Part shown: one piece after another, positions 8,801 to 17,089 of the stretch
How positions within the stretch are numbered: position 1 is the first letter of the stretch
How the letters are laid out: each line of letters begins with the position of its first letter
Source: an uncultured archaeon
GTDB taxonomy: Archaea > Asgardarchaeota > Thorarchaeia > Thorarchaeales > Thorarchaeaceae
Direction of reading: 5' to 3'
DNA: 64,000 bases
Assembly (NCBI GenBank): GCA_964473825.1
Contig: CAYYQL010000002.1
Span: 64,001-128,000, forward strand
Notes under the pieces: generated by a model
The model's database searches: none
Told to the model about the DNA's origin: nothing
Seen by the model: the letters and a program-made list of their open reading frames with translations, nothing else
Program-made: the position numbers and the translations under genes

Positions 8801-10541
8801 CCTCTACGGGAAGAGTGAACTGATCTTTCTTGATAGTCCCACTGCGCGCAGGAGGGAGATCAGACGGTTACGAGATGCGGCGTGGTTTCTGAAACGCCTG
8901 TTCCCTGTGCATGACGACATGCATGGCCTGTGTGGACAGGTGTATTCACTCTGTGAAGACGCCCTAGATAATCCTGATGAGCCTGATAGATATGTTGGCG
9001 TACTTCTCCAAGTCAGAGACCTCATCATCCGTCATCCCAGCCGAGCTCGGGCTTGGCAATTGATTGAGCCGTATCGCGAGTTGGTAGGGGAGGTTCTCGG
9101 TGCGGAGAATCGTCTGCTCCTTGCCGATATCCGCCGTGAGAATCCAGATATCCTTTCCCTATATGGGAACAATCTCCTCATGGGAATCATGGCTGCATTG
9201 GCTAAGACGGTTCGTGATGAGGGGCACTCGGCTGCGATTTCCCTCTGGGAATCTGTGGTTGAATGGCTACCGTATCAGATGGGATTCGCCCCGGTTCAGG
9301 CATCTCAGGAGAGAATCCAGTCAGTGTACGACTTTCAGACGATCTTCGCAAATCTCCTCTCGCGTGCGGGATACCTTACAATGAAAGACCCCCAAGTGGA
9401 AGACCATATGGACGAGATAGCCTTGCTGCCCGCCATCTATAGGCCAGGGCTTCTAGTGGGCAAAGAAGACCATCTTTGGTTCCTCTTCGAACGCCCAGAC
9501 GGTCAAGCTGTCTGTGGTCTTATGAGAGAAAGACAGGAGAGGTTACGTTTGGGATTCCAGTGGTGTTCGAGCAATCCAGCAGAACTCAGTGATAGTGCAC
9601 AAGAGCTGCTTGACGCATCTTGCCTTTGGATCGAAGAGTCACTAGCCGTGACCAATGTAGGCGGTCAAGAGATTCTATGGGGATGGAGTCATGATGAAGA
9701 TGAATGGGGGCTCGTTGGCAGACTTGACTACGGAAGCCACCAAGATTCAGAGGGGGTCCCCTCTCTCTTGTGGGTTCGGCTCTCCCCTCTTTCTATGAAA
9801 ACGACACTTAATCTAGAAGAGTGCCCCATTGGAGCACCCATACACAGTCTTGAGAGATTTCATCCAGTGCTGGAGAGGCTTGCGGGGCAACAGCATAGAG
9901 TGATATCTGTCACATGTGAGGTGACCGTGGACTTGAGCCAAGAAACCTATGTTGTCAGGTGCAAATCATCACGGGAGCTGTATCACGAGTTCCTAACTCC
10001 GCGAACCAAGGAGGTTGTGGCTTTTCTTCGGTCAACTGCCCTCAATGGGCGCAGTGTCACTAACGAAGAGGGCGCAATCCTGACATGGGACCACCTCACT
10101 GATATTGAATATGGGTATGCTGGAAGCGGAGAGGAATGGTTCAGCCTCTCATTTCTGAAACCGCTGGTGCACCGCAGTCGTTTCTTCGAGAGCTATGCCT
10201 ATCCGGAGAATGCGGAACATCTTCTCTCTGCACAAATGGGTCCCCCCGTGACCATGCACATCTGTTATGATAAGGGAATCATGGTTATGCATCGGTTCCT
10301 ACATCCTGTACTTACTGTCAGGTTAGATGGTCTGCCCGAGAATTCACATCTGAAGAAACTTGAGGGGGAAAGAATGAACATCTATGACGTGGCCTTGCTT
10401 GCAGAATTGGAGCAGTTGATAGATATTTCAACAGGATCAATCCATCCTCTAGAGTTTGATGTGACTGCAATCACTAGCGTAGGATTGCCCGTGAAACTTG
10501 AAACCAGTCGCCTTGCCAACCTTCTTCTGTATAGAAGGTGA
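5874..10541 (+). CDS. giant multidomain protein with a RecB/Cas4-like PD-(D/E)XK nuclease domain and a degenerate P-loop-like domain
   Basis: Uninterrupted 1555-aa ORF; AEVP(E384)...GKADLV(D397)...ILELKT(E419/K421)...EQLALY(Q473-Y477); later SSATSGGNA and HVIIIDGW resemble degenerate Walker A/B. Confidence 0.7.
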   Translation: MSRLGSSGKPSQILAQSVMTGLAALVRLAQARGNSQTQKYVNSMTEVWTSAKKELKENQVLSPHDFSSVQNIEHLLRQRWLDIIWHSTKRYGNREFKRIYSWREGSVGPLNGLLNYAGARLRDLATTHYSFPDPQHYLILQYSDGIKTVVPQSAISEDVPKDVAKKYWRVGYSGDSKSPRFLLSHPTLPELDFVDMIRGHVQELCRQLFIYNVPRNEAHRYIRLLVHRLKPFLDWFYSQGEIGRKDFYPDGDRELRDIVLEVRAVYGRRAGRRERLSDQLEWKDTAPLTVEFLKAHAESLCNGSTSEEIRDACDKILGYINSEYITEPDLQKLEDQISAISQREGNDWHRVLLSVFHHPRSLKSVLFAGDSMLERPTDRQFFAEVPIRSNTGHGKADLVLFVRRSVGQRMVWTPVMILELKTKTAFDYNLYWMRPRTKKNYSVPVLHGWKTRLTPKDWSTISTSLPIKRTREQLALYEKILLREYRQLVPQDAFAPRELWKGVVIVDTAESYGSILDALEGMLSSLQADPAGFVSTMGWTSHRFKKSGGGDRIALLKSPCSGPVGVLREAVMADKIKLDDPFEHRIADERTLTQYISVSSATSGGNAAAWHAKNWHLLHHIDEVVEQCPSTASVWWLDLLGSLPEHLRKRRFGLDDKSSDLLENITFLNLSNEVESFLKRKSNIVQSLTTIPGPDKTEHVIIIDGWADLNRMTPTLQKERLLALEYAILDTLPDRNVNIIWVDSGVKGTRMNETYQRPCLDVLPYDSPRRFQLDEVIWNIPTAPRVFGWQTPYADEKRIIVQDTPTSAPPWTTMIEVPILRKWARKFRGGPKRDKIVAEEVIMEELVTTQSMYGRNIVLGDIQGTISYLTEQTVQDLQAEAMTVSPALLRPRDEESIALVAEPESKKHSFSSRLVEKAEGTSLRERLHLCPIHPPPSPKRATEAKMYANPLGIPRHWYHKTERETEAEKHYTRKPPLYGKSELIFLDSPTARRREIRRLRDAAWFLKRLFPVHDDMHGLCGQVYSLCEDALDNPDEPDRYVGVLLQVRDLIIRHPSRARAWQLIEPYRELVGEVLGAENRLLLADIRRENPDILSLYGNNLLMGIMAALAKTVRDEGHSAAISLWESVVEWLPYQMGFAPVQASQERIQSVYDFQTIFANLLSRAGYLTMKDPQVEDHMDEIALLPAIYRPGLLVGKEDHLWFLFERPDGQAVCGLMRERQERLRLGFQWCSSNPAELSDSAQELLDASCLWIEESLAVTNVGGQEILWGWSHDEDEWGLVGRLDYGSHQDSEGVPSLLWVRLSPLSMKTTLNLEECPIGAPIHSLERFHPVLERLAGQQHRVISVTCEVTVDLSQETYVVRCKSSRELYHEFLTPRTKEVVAFLRSTALNGRSVTNEEGAILTWDHLTDIEYGYAGSGEEWFSLSFLKPLVHRSRFFESYAYPENAEHLLSAQMGPPVTMHICYDKGIMVMHRFLHPVLTVRLDGLPENSHLKKLEGERMNIYDVALLAELEQLIDISTGSIHPLEFDVTAITSVGLPVKLETSRLANLLLYRR

Positions 10542-10851
10542 GATTCCTGTTGCTGGAATATTGGAGTCGGACTTACCCGTCCGTTTCGCCTATCTCATCA
10601 ATGAACGAGTAATGTGGATTGTTTGCCCAGAAGCGTACCTCTCAACTTCATGTGGCCAATGATGGTTCTCGATATATGCTTGCCAACATCGAAAGAAAGG
10701 TTATCAGGAGTGATCTCTTTGCGTGATTGAGATAGCATGTATGGCATGTGCGCTAGGTGGATTGATAGCCGTCATAAGATTGGCGATGTAGTTATTTCGA
10801 TTAGCTCGCGGAATGCCAGACAACTTGCAGACACGTGGCATCTGAAACCCA

Positions 10852-12729
10852 ATGGCTAGCCTAGGATATGATTGGTATGCGGTGGAACCCTCATCAGTTT
10901 GTCTTCTTGTGTGGTTCAAGGGAGGAATGGTTATGAAAGGAACAGAAGAAGTGTTTCGCCAGCGCCAGTACTTCGAGTTTGTTGCTCATATGAAATGGGG
11001 CTGGGAATTCCAGCATCTCTTCGAGCGGTTGATGATGAGAACTGAACCCGGCTTTATCCCAGTTAGACCACAGGGACGCTTAGGCGATTGGAAATGCGAT
11101 GGATACTCACATCGGACAAGTCGTTTCTTTCAAGTATATGCCCCAAGATTCACCAAGTCAAAGGTAGCCGTACAAAAAGCAGAAGAAGACCTTGTTTATG
11201 TACTCGAAAACTGGCCTGAAGATACAGCTCCATTACGCGAGTGGATTTTTGTATACGGCCATCATGATGTATATCCTGCTCTACGTACAGAGATTCTCAA
11301 GATTGCCCAGAATCGTGGTATCAAAATCATCGAGTGGAACCTACAAGATATTTGGAACAAGTTTCTGGAACTGAGTCGAGATAGTCGTCTAGCGGTACTA
11401 CAGATGCCCGGAGAATGGCTCACCGATGATAGTAGAAAGCTCGACCAGATACTTTCTAGATTGCCAGAAGCCCAAGGAAAAGAAAGCCAAGAAAAGAAGT
11501 CTTGGACATCTGTCCCCATACAAAGCACGCCGTCATACAGGGTGACCATAGATGAAACAAAGGGAGTTGATGGCACATTATGGTTTTTGTTCGAAATGGG
11601 GATCGAGGTGAAAGAATTCCTGGTTGAATCTTTGGACAAAATTCATCGGGAATTCAATGAATTATGCTCTTGGGGGAGAAATAAGAGCTTCCAGTGGCTT
11701 CACCGATCCAATGAAACCCTCTTGAAGGGGCATTACTGGCGTGATGATATTGGGTTTCTAACCACAACTCACATCAGAAAGCTGTCCAGTGCATCCTTTG
11801 AGCTGAGTTGTTCTCTTTCTAGAGCATTGGATGGTCACTGGCTATCGCAGTCACTTGTCGGGCTTCTTGGTAAGACCCCTGTTTTCCCTCTTGAGGAGAA
11901 TACGATAGTAGATGGCGGGAGAATTCTCATCAAAGATCCAAAGAAACCCCATCTAACGATTTTGGTGAATCTGAAAGACCTCTATGCTGGGATGATTGCC
12001 AATCCGAAGTACGAAATCAATTTTCAATCAACAGATGCATCTATAACTGAGTATTGTACATCCTCAGGTCAGAGGGTATTATCCTTCCATATTCGTTCTA
12101 ATCTAGGCAGTTTTGAAAGAATCGCTCAGATAATAGGGCCTAATGTAATTCAGCCAAGTGAAACGACTTCTTCAGATGTTAGAGCTTTCGACGTAGGTTG
12201 GAACGGAGACGGTCTTGAGATTCGGATATGGATTAACGCAGCGGAACCTGATGGATGTATTCAAGACTGCACATGTTGTCCCCTATTCTTGAAGGGCTGT
12301 AACAACGCCCATTATTGGCAATCGGTAAATCTTAAACACCTCACAGAGGAGCTCGAGTATGCATCTGTGTTTCTGCCGGCTGATTCTGAGGCGGAGCTAT
12401 TAGAGTTGGTTCGAGAAGAGATGAGTGACACCTTGCGAGTCATCTTAGGCAAGAAGGAAAGGGAAAAAGTTTCATCGCTGTTCAGACAGATAGCAGATGC
12501 TCGCGCGAAATTGAATGAACAGTTCTCGAAATTGCTAGATTACTGCCGACGAATACACCTGATGACCCCAAGAGAGCGCCGAAATGTATCTGATCTTGCA
12601 CGGGTTGTAAGGCATCGAATAGAGCGAGGCGGCAAGTTAGCAGATCCTCGCGTTATTGGTGCGAACCCAAAGTACATGGATTTGGAAACGTTTGATTGTC
12701 TAATGGAGGACTACGGCGTCGTTTTCTAG
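10852..12729 (+). CDS. protein with an N-terminal restriction-endonuclease-like domain of the ABC-3C/Lamassu effector type; frame stays open past the TAG to 13005
   Basis: EFQHLFERLM...FIPVRPQGRLGDWKCDGY...FFQVYAP motif; likely start ~10928-10934; 91 further sense codons follow the TAG. Confidence 0.65.
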   Translation: MASLGYDWYAVEPSSVCLLVWFKGGMVMKGTEEVFRQRQYFEFVAHMKWGWEFQHLFERLMMRTEPGFIPVRPQGRLGDWKCDGYSHRTSRFFQVYAPRFTKSKVAVQKAEEDLVYVLENWPEDTAPLREWIFVYGHHDVYPALRTEILKIAQNRGIKIIEWNLQDIWNKFLELSRDSRLAVLQMPGEWLTDDSRKLDQILSRLPEAQGKESQEKKSWTSVPIQSTPSYRVTIDETKGVDGTLWFLFEMGIEVKEFLVESLDKIHREFNELCSWGRNKSFQWLHRSNETLLKGHYWRDDIGFLTTTHIRKLSSASFELSCSLSRALDGHWLSQSLVGLLGKTPVFPLEENTIVDGGRILIKDPKKPHLTILVNLKDLYAGMIANPKYEINFQSTDASITEYCTSSGQRVLSFHIRSNLGSFERIAQIIGPNVIQPSETTSSDVRAFDVGWNGDGLEIRIWINAAEPDGCIQDCTCCPLFLKGCNNAHYWQSVNLKHLTEELEYASVFLPADSEAELLELVREEMSDTLRVILGKKEREKVSSLFRQIADARAKLNEQFSKLLDYCRRIHLMTPRERRNVSDLARVVRHRIERGGKLADPRVIGANPKYMDLETFDCLMEDYGVVF

Positions 12730-13024
12730 GCGATTTGCTCAGACACTGATGGAGTTCTGCAACTGTTTCGAGGAAGACCATTCAAGGAAAATCGGGAATA
12801 TCTGAACTCCCTCCTTCCCTCCATTGCGGAAATAAAGGACCAGTATCTTGGACATTCCACAGAGCTATCGTACATTACAAGTTGTACGCCAGAGATAGTA
12901 GATTACGACTCGCTGGGCGTTGATTTTCTACTGGCAAATTCGTTGGGCCTCATGAAGAGTGGAGGCAAGATAGACAATTCCTCTTGGACTTTCGACAGAG
13001 ATTAAAGTGGTTGGGTTCAGATAA

Positions 13025-14638
13025 ATGTCGGAATGCCAGAAGAAATTCTTCTTTCAGATCATGTGGGGAGTAGTAATGACGAAATCCCAGTTCATTGTAG
13101 AATATACACATCCACGGTTTGCAGCAATCATGCCAGCGGAACAAATCTTGACAGTTGGAGATTTGGATGGCGATTTATGGCACTTCTCTGATGGCGATAT
13201 AACAACGGCAACTTTCTCCGATTTAGTACCTCCAGGTTCGGAACAAGGCTACGTTGGCTCGCTGTCTATCAGCCTTGTAGGTCTTGAGGTTCCAGAGATT
13301 GTGTATGAGTCTACTCGGCGCATAGATGTAACCGATATTGGCAGCTATCTGTTGCCTCTTCCTACAGCGAAACTGAGAGCAGAAGTCACTCTTGTGGATT
13401 TGGACAAGAGAGTCCTCGAAACCCTTAGATGGTATAGAACTGTCGCATCTGAGAACGGGATTGGCGCGCCACAGGCATCTATTGATGAGATGATTGAGAA
13501 ACTAAAAGAATGCTTCATAGAAGACCCATCTCGATTGCCTGAGATGCTGTCAGAGTATCAGCAAAGCGAAAGGCGTTTCAGGTTCCTTGCGAGGAAAGCA
13601 CGGGAAGACCCAACATCACAAGCAGTCGATGCTTTGCTGATTGAAAGACCTCTAGATCCCCTCGGTATGGGTAGCCAGATTGTTAGGGAATTGCCCGGGA
13701 TTATAGAAGCTTTGGATCCTCAGTCTCAACAAGAAGCGATAGATATGCTGGATGATTTGAAGAGAAGAATCCTGTCAACATCAATTCAGAAGCCTGACAA
13801 TTCAGAAGAATACGATGTTGCATTGCGACTGAGAGAAAGCCTCCGGATTCAAAAAGCGCTGCGAAAGTTTGAAGACGAAAGTACGAGACTGCCTAACAAC
13901 GTTGACCCGGATGCAACAAAGCAGTTTGCATTTGATTTCTTTCATCTACTAATGCATTACTGGAATAACGCAATCAGATATCTCAAGTACGAGAAGTCAC
14001 AGCATTGGATGAGGGAGTATCCAGAGTATGCAGCCGGTCTTTTCTATGTCAGAAATCGTGTTTCACTGGACGGCGAACACATTCTCCCGCATGTAACAGC
14101 TCACGTTAGGCAGGAGGTCCTTCGTCATAATCTGATCCAGAGAAGAGAATGGAAGGAAATCGTCCAAGCAACAAGTGACGCAGCACGCCTTGAGAGATAC
14201 ATGCTAGACTGGACGGTTGAGGGTATCCTCTCCCAGGCCCTCTCACATCTCACAAAAGGAGAGCTTCTTCCGCCGATTGTATTGGGGGGAGTTGCTCTAG
14301 AGGAGGCGATGACCAGAGCGCTGTTTCACGTGAATCCCGACGATTATGACAAGAGGGGATTGGGTCTGAAGATAAAGGACGTCCATAGAATGATAGGACG
14401 CGAAGCTCTTGGGTATGAGAAGAGTCAGTGGAAGAAGGACTGGAATCTCCTAAACAAGGGCTCAAAGGAGGAGGGGACGGGATTGGTTCAGATCAGGACC
14501 AGACTGCAACACCCCCAGATTGGATTAGAGAAGAACATCCCTTCAAGGAAAGATGTTGCTGAAATGATTCTGGCTTGCCAACGAATGTGCAATGCTTTAC
14601 TCAAATACGATCGTCACAGGTGTAGCGAACTTGCCTAG
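13025..14638 (+). CDS. protein with a C-terminal HEPN-like RNase domain
   Basis: GGVALEEAM helix followed by an R-x4-H motif (RTRLQH, 14495-14512) and a terminal helix. Confidence 0.6.
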   Translation: MSECQKKFFFQIMWGVVMTKSQFIVEYTHPRFAAIMPAEQILTVGDLDGDLWHFSDGDITTATFSDLVPPGSEQGYVGSLSISLVGLEVPEIVYESTRRIDVTDIGSYLLPLPTAKLRAEVTLVDLDKRVLETLRWYRTVASENGIGAPQASIDEMIEKLKECFIEDPSRLPEMLSEYQQSERRFRFLARKAREDPTSQAVDALLIERPLDPLGMGSQIVRELPGIIEALDPQSQQEAIDMLDDLKRRILSTSIQKPDNSEEYDVALRLRESLRIQKALRKFEDESTRLPNNVDPDATKQFAFDFFHLLMHYWNNAIRYLKYEKSQHWMREYPEYAAGLFYVRNRVSLDGEHILPHVTAHVRQEVLRHNLIQRREWKEIVQATSDAARLERYMLDWTVEGILSQALSHLTKGELLPPIVLGGVALEEAMTRALFHVNPDDYDKRGLGLKIKDVHRMIGREALGYEKSQWKKDWNLLNKGSKEEGTGLVQIRTRLQHPQIGLEKNIPSRKDVAEMILACQRMCNALLKYDRHRCSELA

Positions 14639-14857
14639 GAGACCCCTTTGGTCCTTCGGTGTCTTCTAACATAGATGAGATGTGAATCAGGAAACGAGTT
14701 TGTTCCTGTTGAAATATTCTACATGCTGATCGCAGGCGATAGATAGAAATCAGTGTAACTATTCATATTCGTTTGAGTAGGAAGGGGATGTCAGAACAAA
14801 CGAAACAGAATCTCAAGCGACTGCTAAGAACCATAGAGAATCGAATCGTTTAGAGAT

Positions 14858-16075
14858 GTGCAAGTTTCACTTGCGGTTTTTACCCCAAGAGAAGAGGATC
14901 CGCAATTTGTCTATTCAATAGTACGATTCCTCAATCACGATGAACCTCATAGGAACGAGCTATACGACTGGGATAGATTCAAAGTAATTCACACTGTCAT
15001 CAGCACCGACGATGCAAAGAACCTGATTGAGCGATTATTCAATGAAAACGTCTTTGTCTTGAGAGATCGGGATTCCACGGAAGAACGAATGCTAATTCCC
15101 ATGGAATGCAATCTTCATGATATTCGTGATGTTGGAAGTCAAGAAAGCTATGGCTATGCGAAACACGATTGGCCGTCACTCTTTGCAATAGCTGATGCTC
15201 GAAACGAACCCTCTGGAGAGATATGGCATTCCTATCTATGTGCCATTGGACAGCCTCTGTTTCCGAGTGTGCAAGAGGGAGTCAGAACACTCTTTGGTTT
15301 CAGTGTTGACGAGAAATGGGGAATCAGAAGTAGGTTGGAAGTAGTCGTACCGGACTTCCGGGCGAGAATCAGGAACTTCGTGATTGAGGGCATAAGAGTA
15401 CGAATCGAAGTAGATGTAGAAAGACTGACGCTTGAAGATGTCCGGCTCAAATTATACAGCAAAGGCCGTAAGAAGCGATTCAATTCTGACGACATCAGAC
15501 TAACCGGCAACATTCACACTTGTACACTTGATGAGGAACCCGTGATGCTTGAGGCGTGTATACTATCTGTAGTTGACGGCAGTCTTGTTGATAGAGTGAG
15601 TTATGATAGGCGATACCCTTCAGGGATCACACCCCTCAGAATGTATGACACTCGTATGGCTCTAGGTCTAATCTCTGAAGGTGAGAATAGACATGTAGAG
15701 TTCAAAGAGAAACTGAATACCCAAAACCCCTATGAGTTTCTTGAGAGTGTTGTGGCATTTGCCAACACCAAAGGGGGGCAAATTCTTTTGGGCGTTAACG
15801 ATAGAGGTGAAGTGAGAGGCATAAGAAAGGACTACTCGGAAACCATAATCAATCTGATTCATTCCCATATGAATCCCCCCATCGAACCGAACATTCAGCA
15901 CGGAATAGTCATAGAGGGGCGGGAGATAACAATCGTTGAAATCCCGGAGGGCGGTGCAAAGCCCTATTGGCTCAAGAATCATGGATCTTATGTCAGAAGA
16001 GGGGCTACTGACAAACCCATTTCGAGAACCGAAGCAGAGCAATTATTCAAGAATCGAGCTGGAATAGACTTCTAG
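14858..16075 (+). CDS. Schlafen/AlbA_2-domain protein (C-terminal), probably 5'-frameshifted from an original start at 14788
   Basis: GENRHVEFKE...VVAFANTKGGQILLGVND...YVRRGATD AlbA_2 motifs. Confidence 0.85.
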   Translation: MQVSLAVFTPREEDPQFVYSIVRFLNHDEPHRNELYDWDRFKVIHTVISTDDAKNLIERLFNENVFVLRDRDSTEERMLIPMECNLHDIRDVGSQESYGYAKHDWPSLFAIADARNEPSGEIWHSYLCAIGQPLFPSVQEGVRTLFGFSVDEKWGIRSRLEVVVPDFRARIRNFVIEGIRVRIEVDVERLTLEDVRLKLYSKGRKKRFNSDDIRLTGNIHTCTLDEEPVMLEACILSVVDGSLVDRVSYDRRYPSGITPLRMYDTRMALGLISEGENRHVEFKEKLNTQNPYEFLESVVAFANTKGGQILLGVNDRGEVRGIRKDYSETIINLIHSHMNPPIEPNIQHGIVIEGREITIVEIPEGGAKPYWLKNHGSYVRRGATDKPISRTEAEQLFKNRAGIDF

Positions 16076-16167
16076 TTCCATCTATGACTTTGGATATGAT
16101 GCCGAATATTCCTATACGCGCTCTGCACCAAAATCTGACTATTGATTTCTTTTGCGTCCCTTTTCTT

Positions 16168-16968
16168 CTAAGGGTGCCAATATCTTGCGCTACACCTTTT
16201 TCTGTAACGGAACGCCCACTTTTGAAGGCCTGAGGGCAATGGTTCAAGTGAGAAGTAGGAATGGTAATAGCTATTGCATATGGTGAAATCGAGAAACTGA
16301 TCGCATGAGGGGCAGCTGATTTCAAGACCGTCACATCGTTGGGACATGTGAGCAGAACTTGCCCGAATGTTGAGAATGGGAATATCGGATTCAATGTAAA
16401 TCTCAGTTCCACAGAAAGGACATTTGCCCACGACTTCAATCCAGCCATAGGGTTCCCAATCTAAAATAGGTCCAGAGGTGTCAGTTTCCGCATCTATCCA
16501 AGGGTTGATTTGTTCATAGACTGCTTCTGCTGTACGAAAGATGGCTTGAAGATCATCATCGCTTTGGAGTCTACTAACGAACCGATCAAGATCACAAATC
16601 ATACCTTCATCCCGATAAATCAGGTCCATCATCGCACTCTTGGCGCATCCTGATTGTTCAGTGGTTACATAGCTCTTTACGAGTTCGAAGTGATCGTAGA
16701 CATCCAAACCCATTTGGTTCCCTCTTCCCTTCAAGTAGCCAAGTTTAGCCATCGCACTTGCCTTATTCTCGAACATGCTCAAACCAAGTATGACTCTATC
16801 GATCTGGCTCCTATCAGATTCATATCCATGAAACTCAAGGAACTGCTGGTAGGCAACAACGCCGTGCTCAAAGGGCCATTGAGCATTCCAGCCTACGTCC
16901 GGAAATGGGAGGGCGACTACTGAGAAATCATTGGAATAGGCATCTGGGAGAATTTGTGCTAGTGCCAT
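16168..16968 (-). CDS. hypothetical protein with a C-terminal zinc ribbon
   Basis: 266-aa ORF with CPFCG...CPSCD. Confidence 0.6.
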   Translation of the reverse strand: MALAQILPDAYSNDFSVVALPFPDVGWNAQWPFEHGVVAYQQFLEFHGYESDRSQIDRVILGLSMFENKASAMAKLGYLKGRGNQMGLDVYDHFELVKSYVTTEQSGCAKSAMMDLIYRDEGMICDLDRFVSRLQSDDDLQAIFRTAEAVYEQINPWIDAETDTSGPILDWEPYGWIEVVGKCPFCGTEIYIESDIPILNIRASSAHMSQRCDGLEISCPSCDQFLDFTICNSYYHSYFSLEPLPSGLQKWAFRYRKRCSARYWHP

Positions 16969-17089
16969 ATGGGGTAGAGTGAATGTGTCTTCTCCGGGAG
17001 AATCGCCCTTGGAAACTTACCTCCCCCCCTTGTGTTCAACTCGTACAACAGCGCATTGATTAGCCGAGTTTGCGTTGAACCGTGAAACG

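Noticed and set aside
12727-12729. Genome-wide TAG recoding
   Set aside because: Core genes (glyA, rpl44e, aIF2alpha, nop10, elf1) end at TAG at their expected lengths
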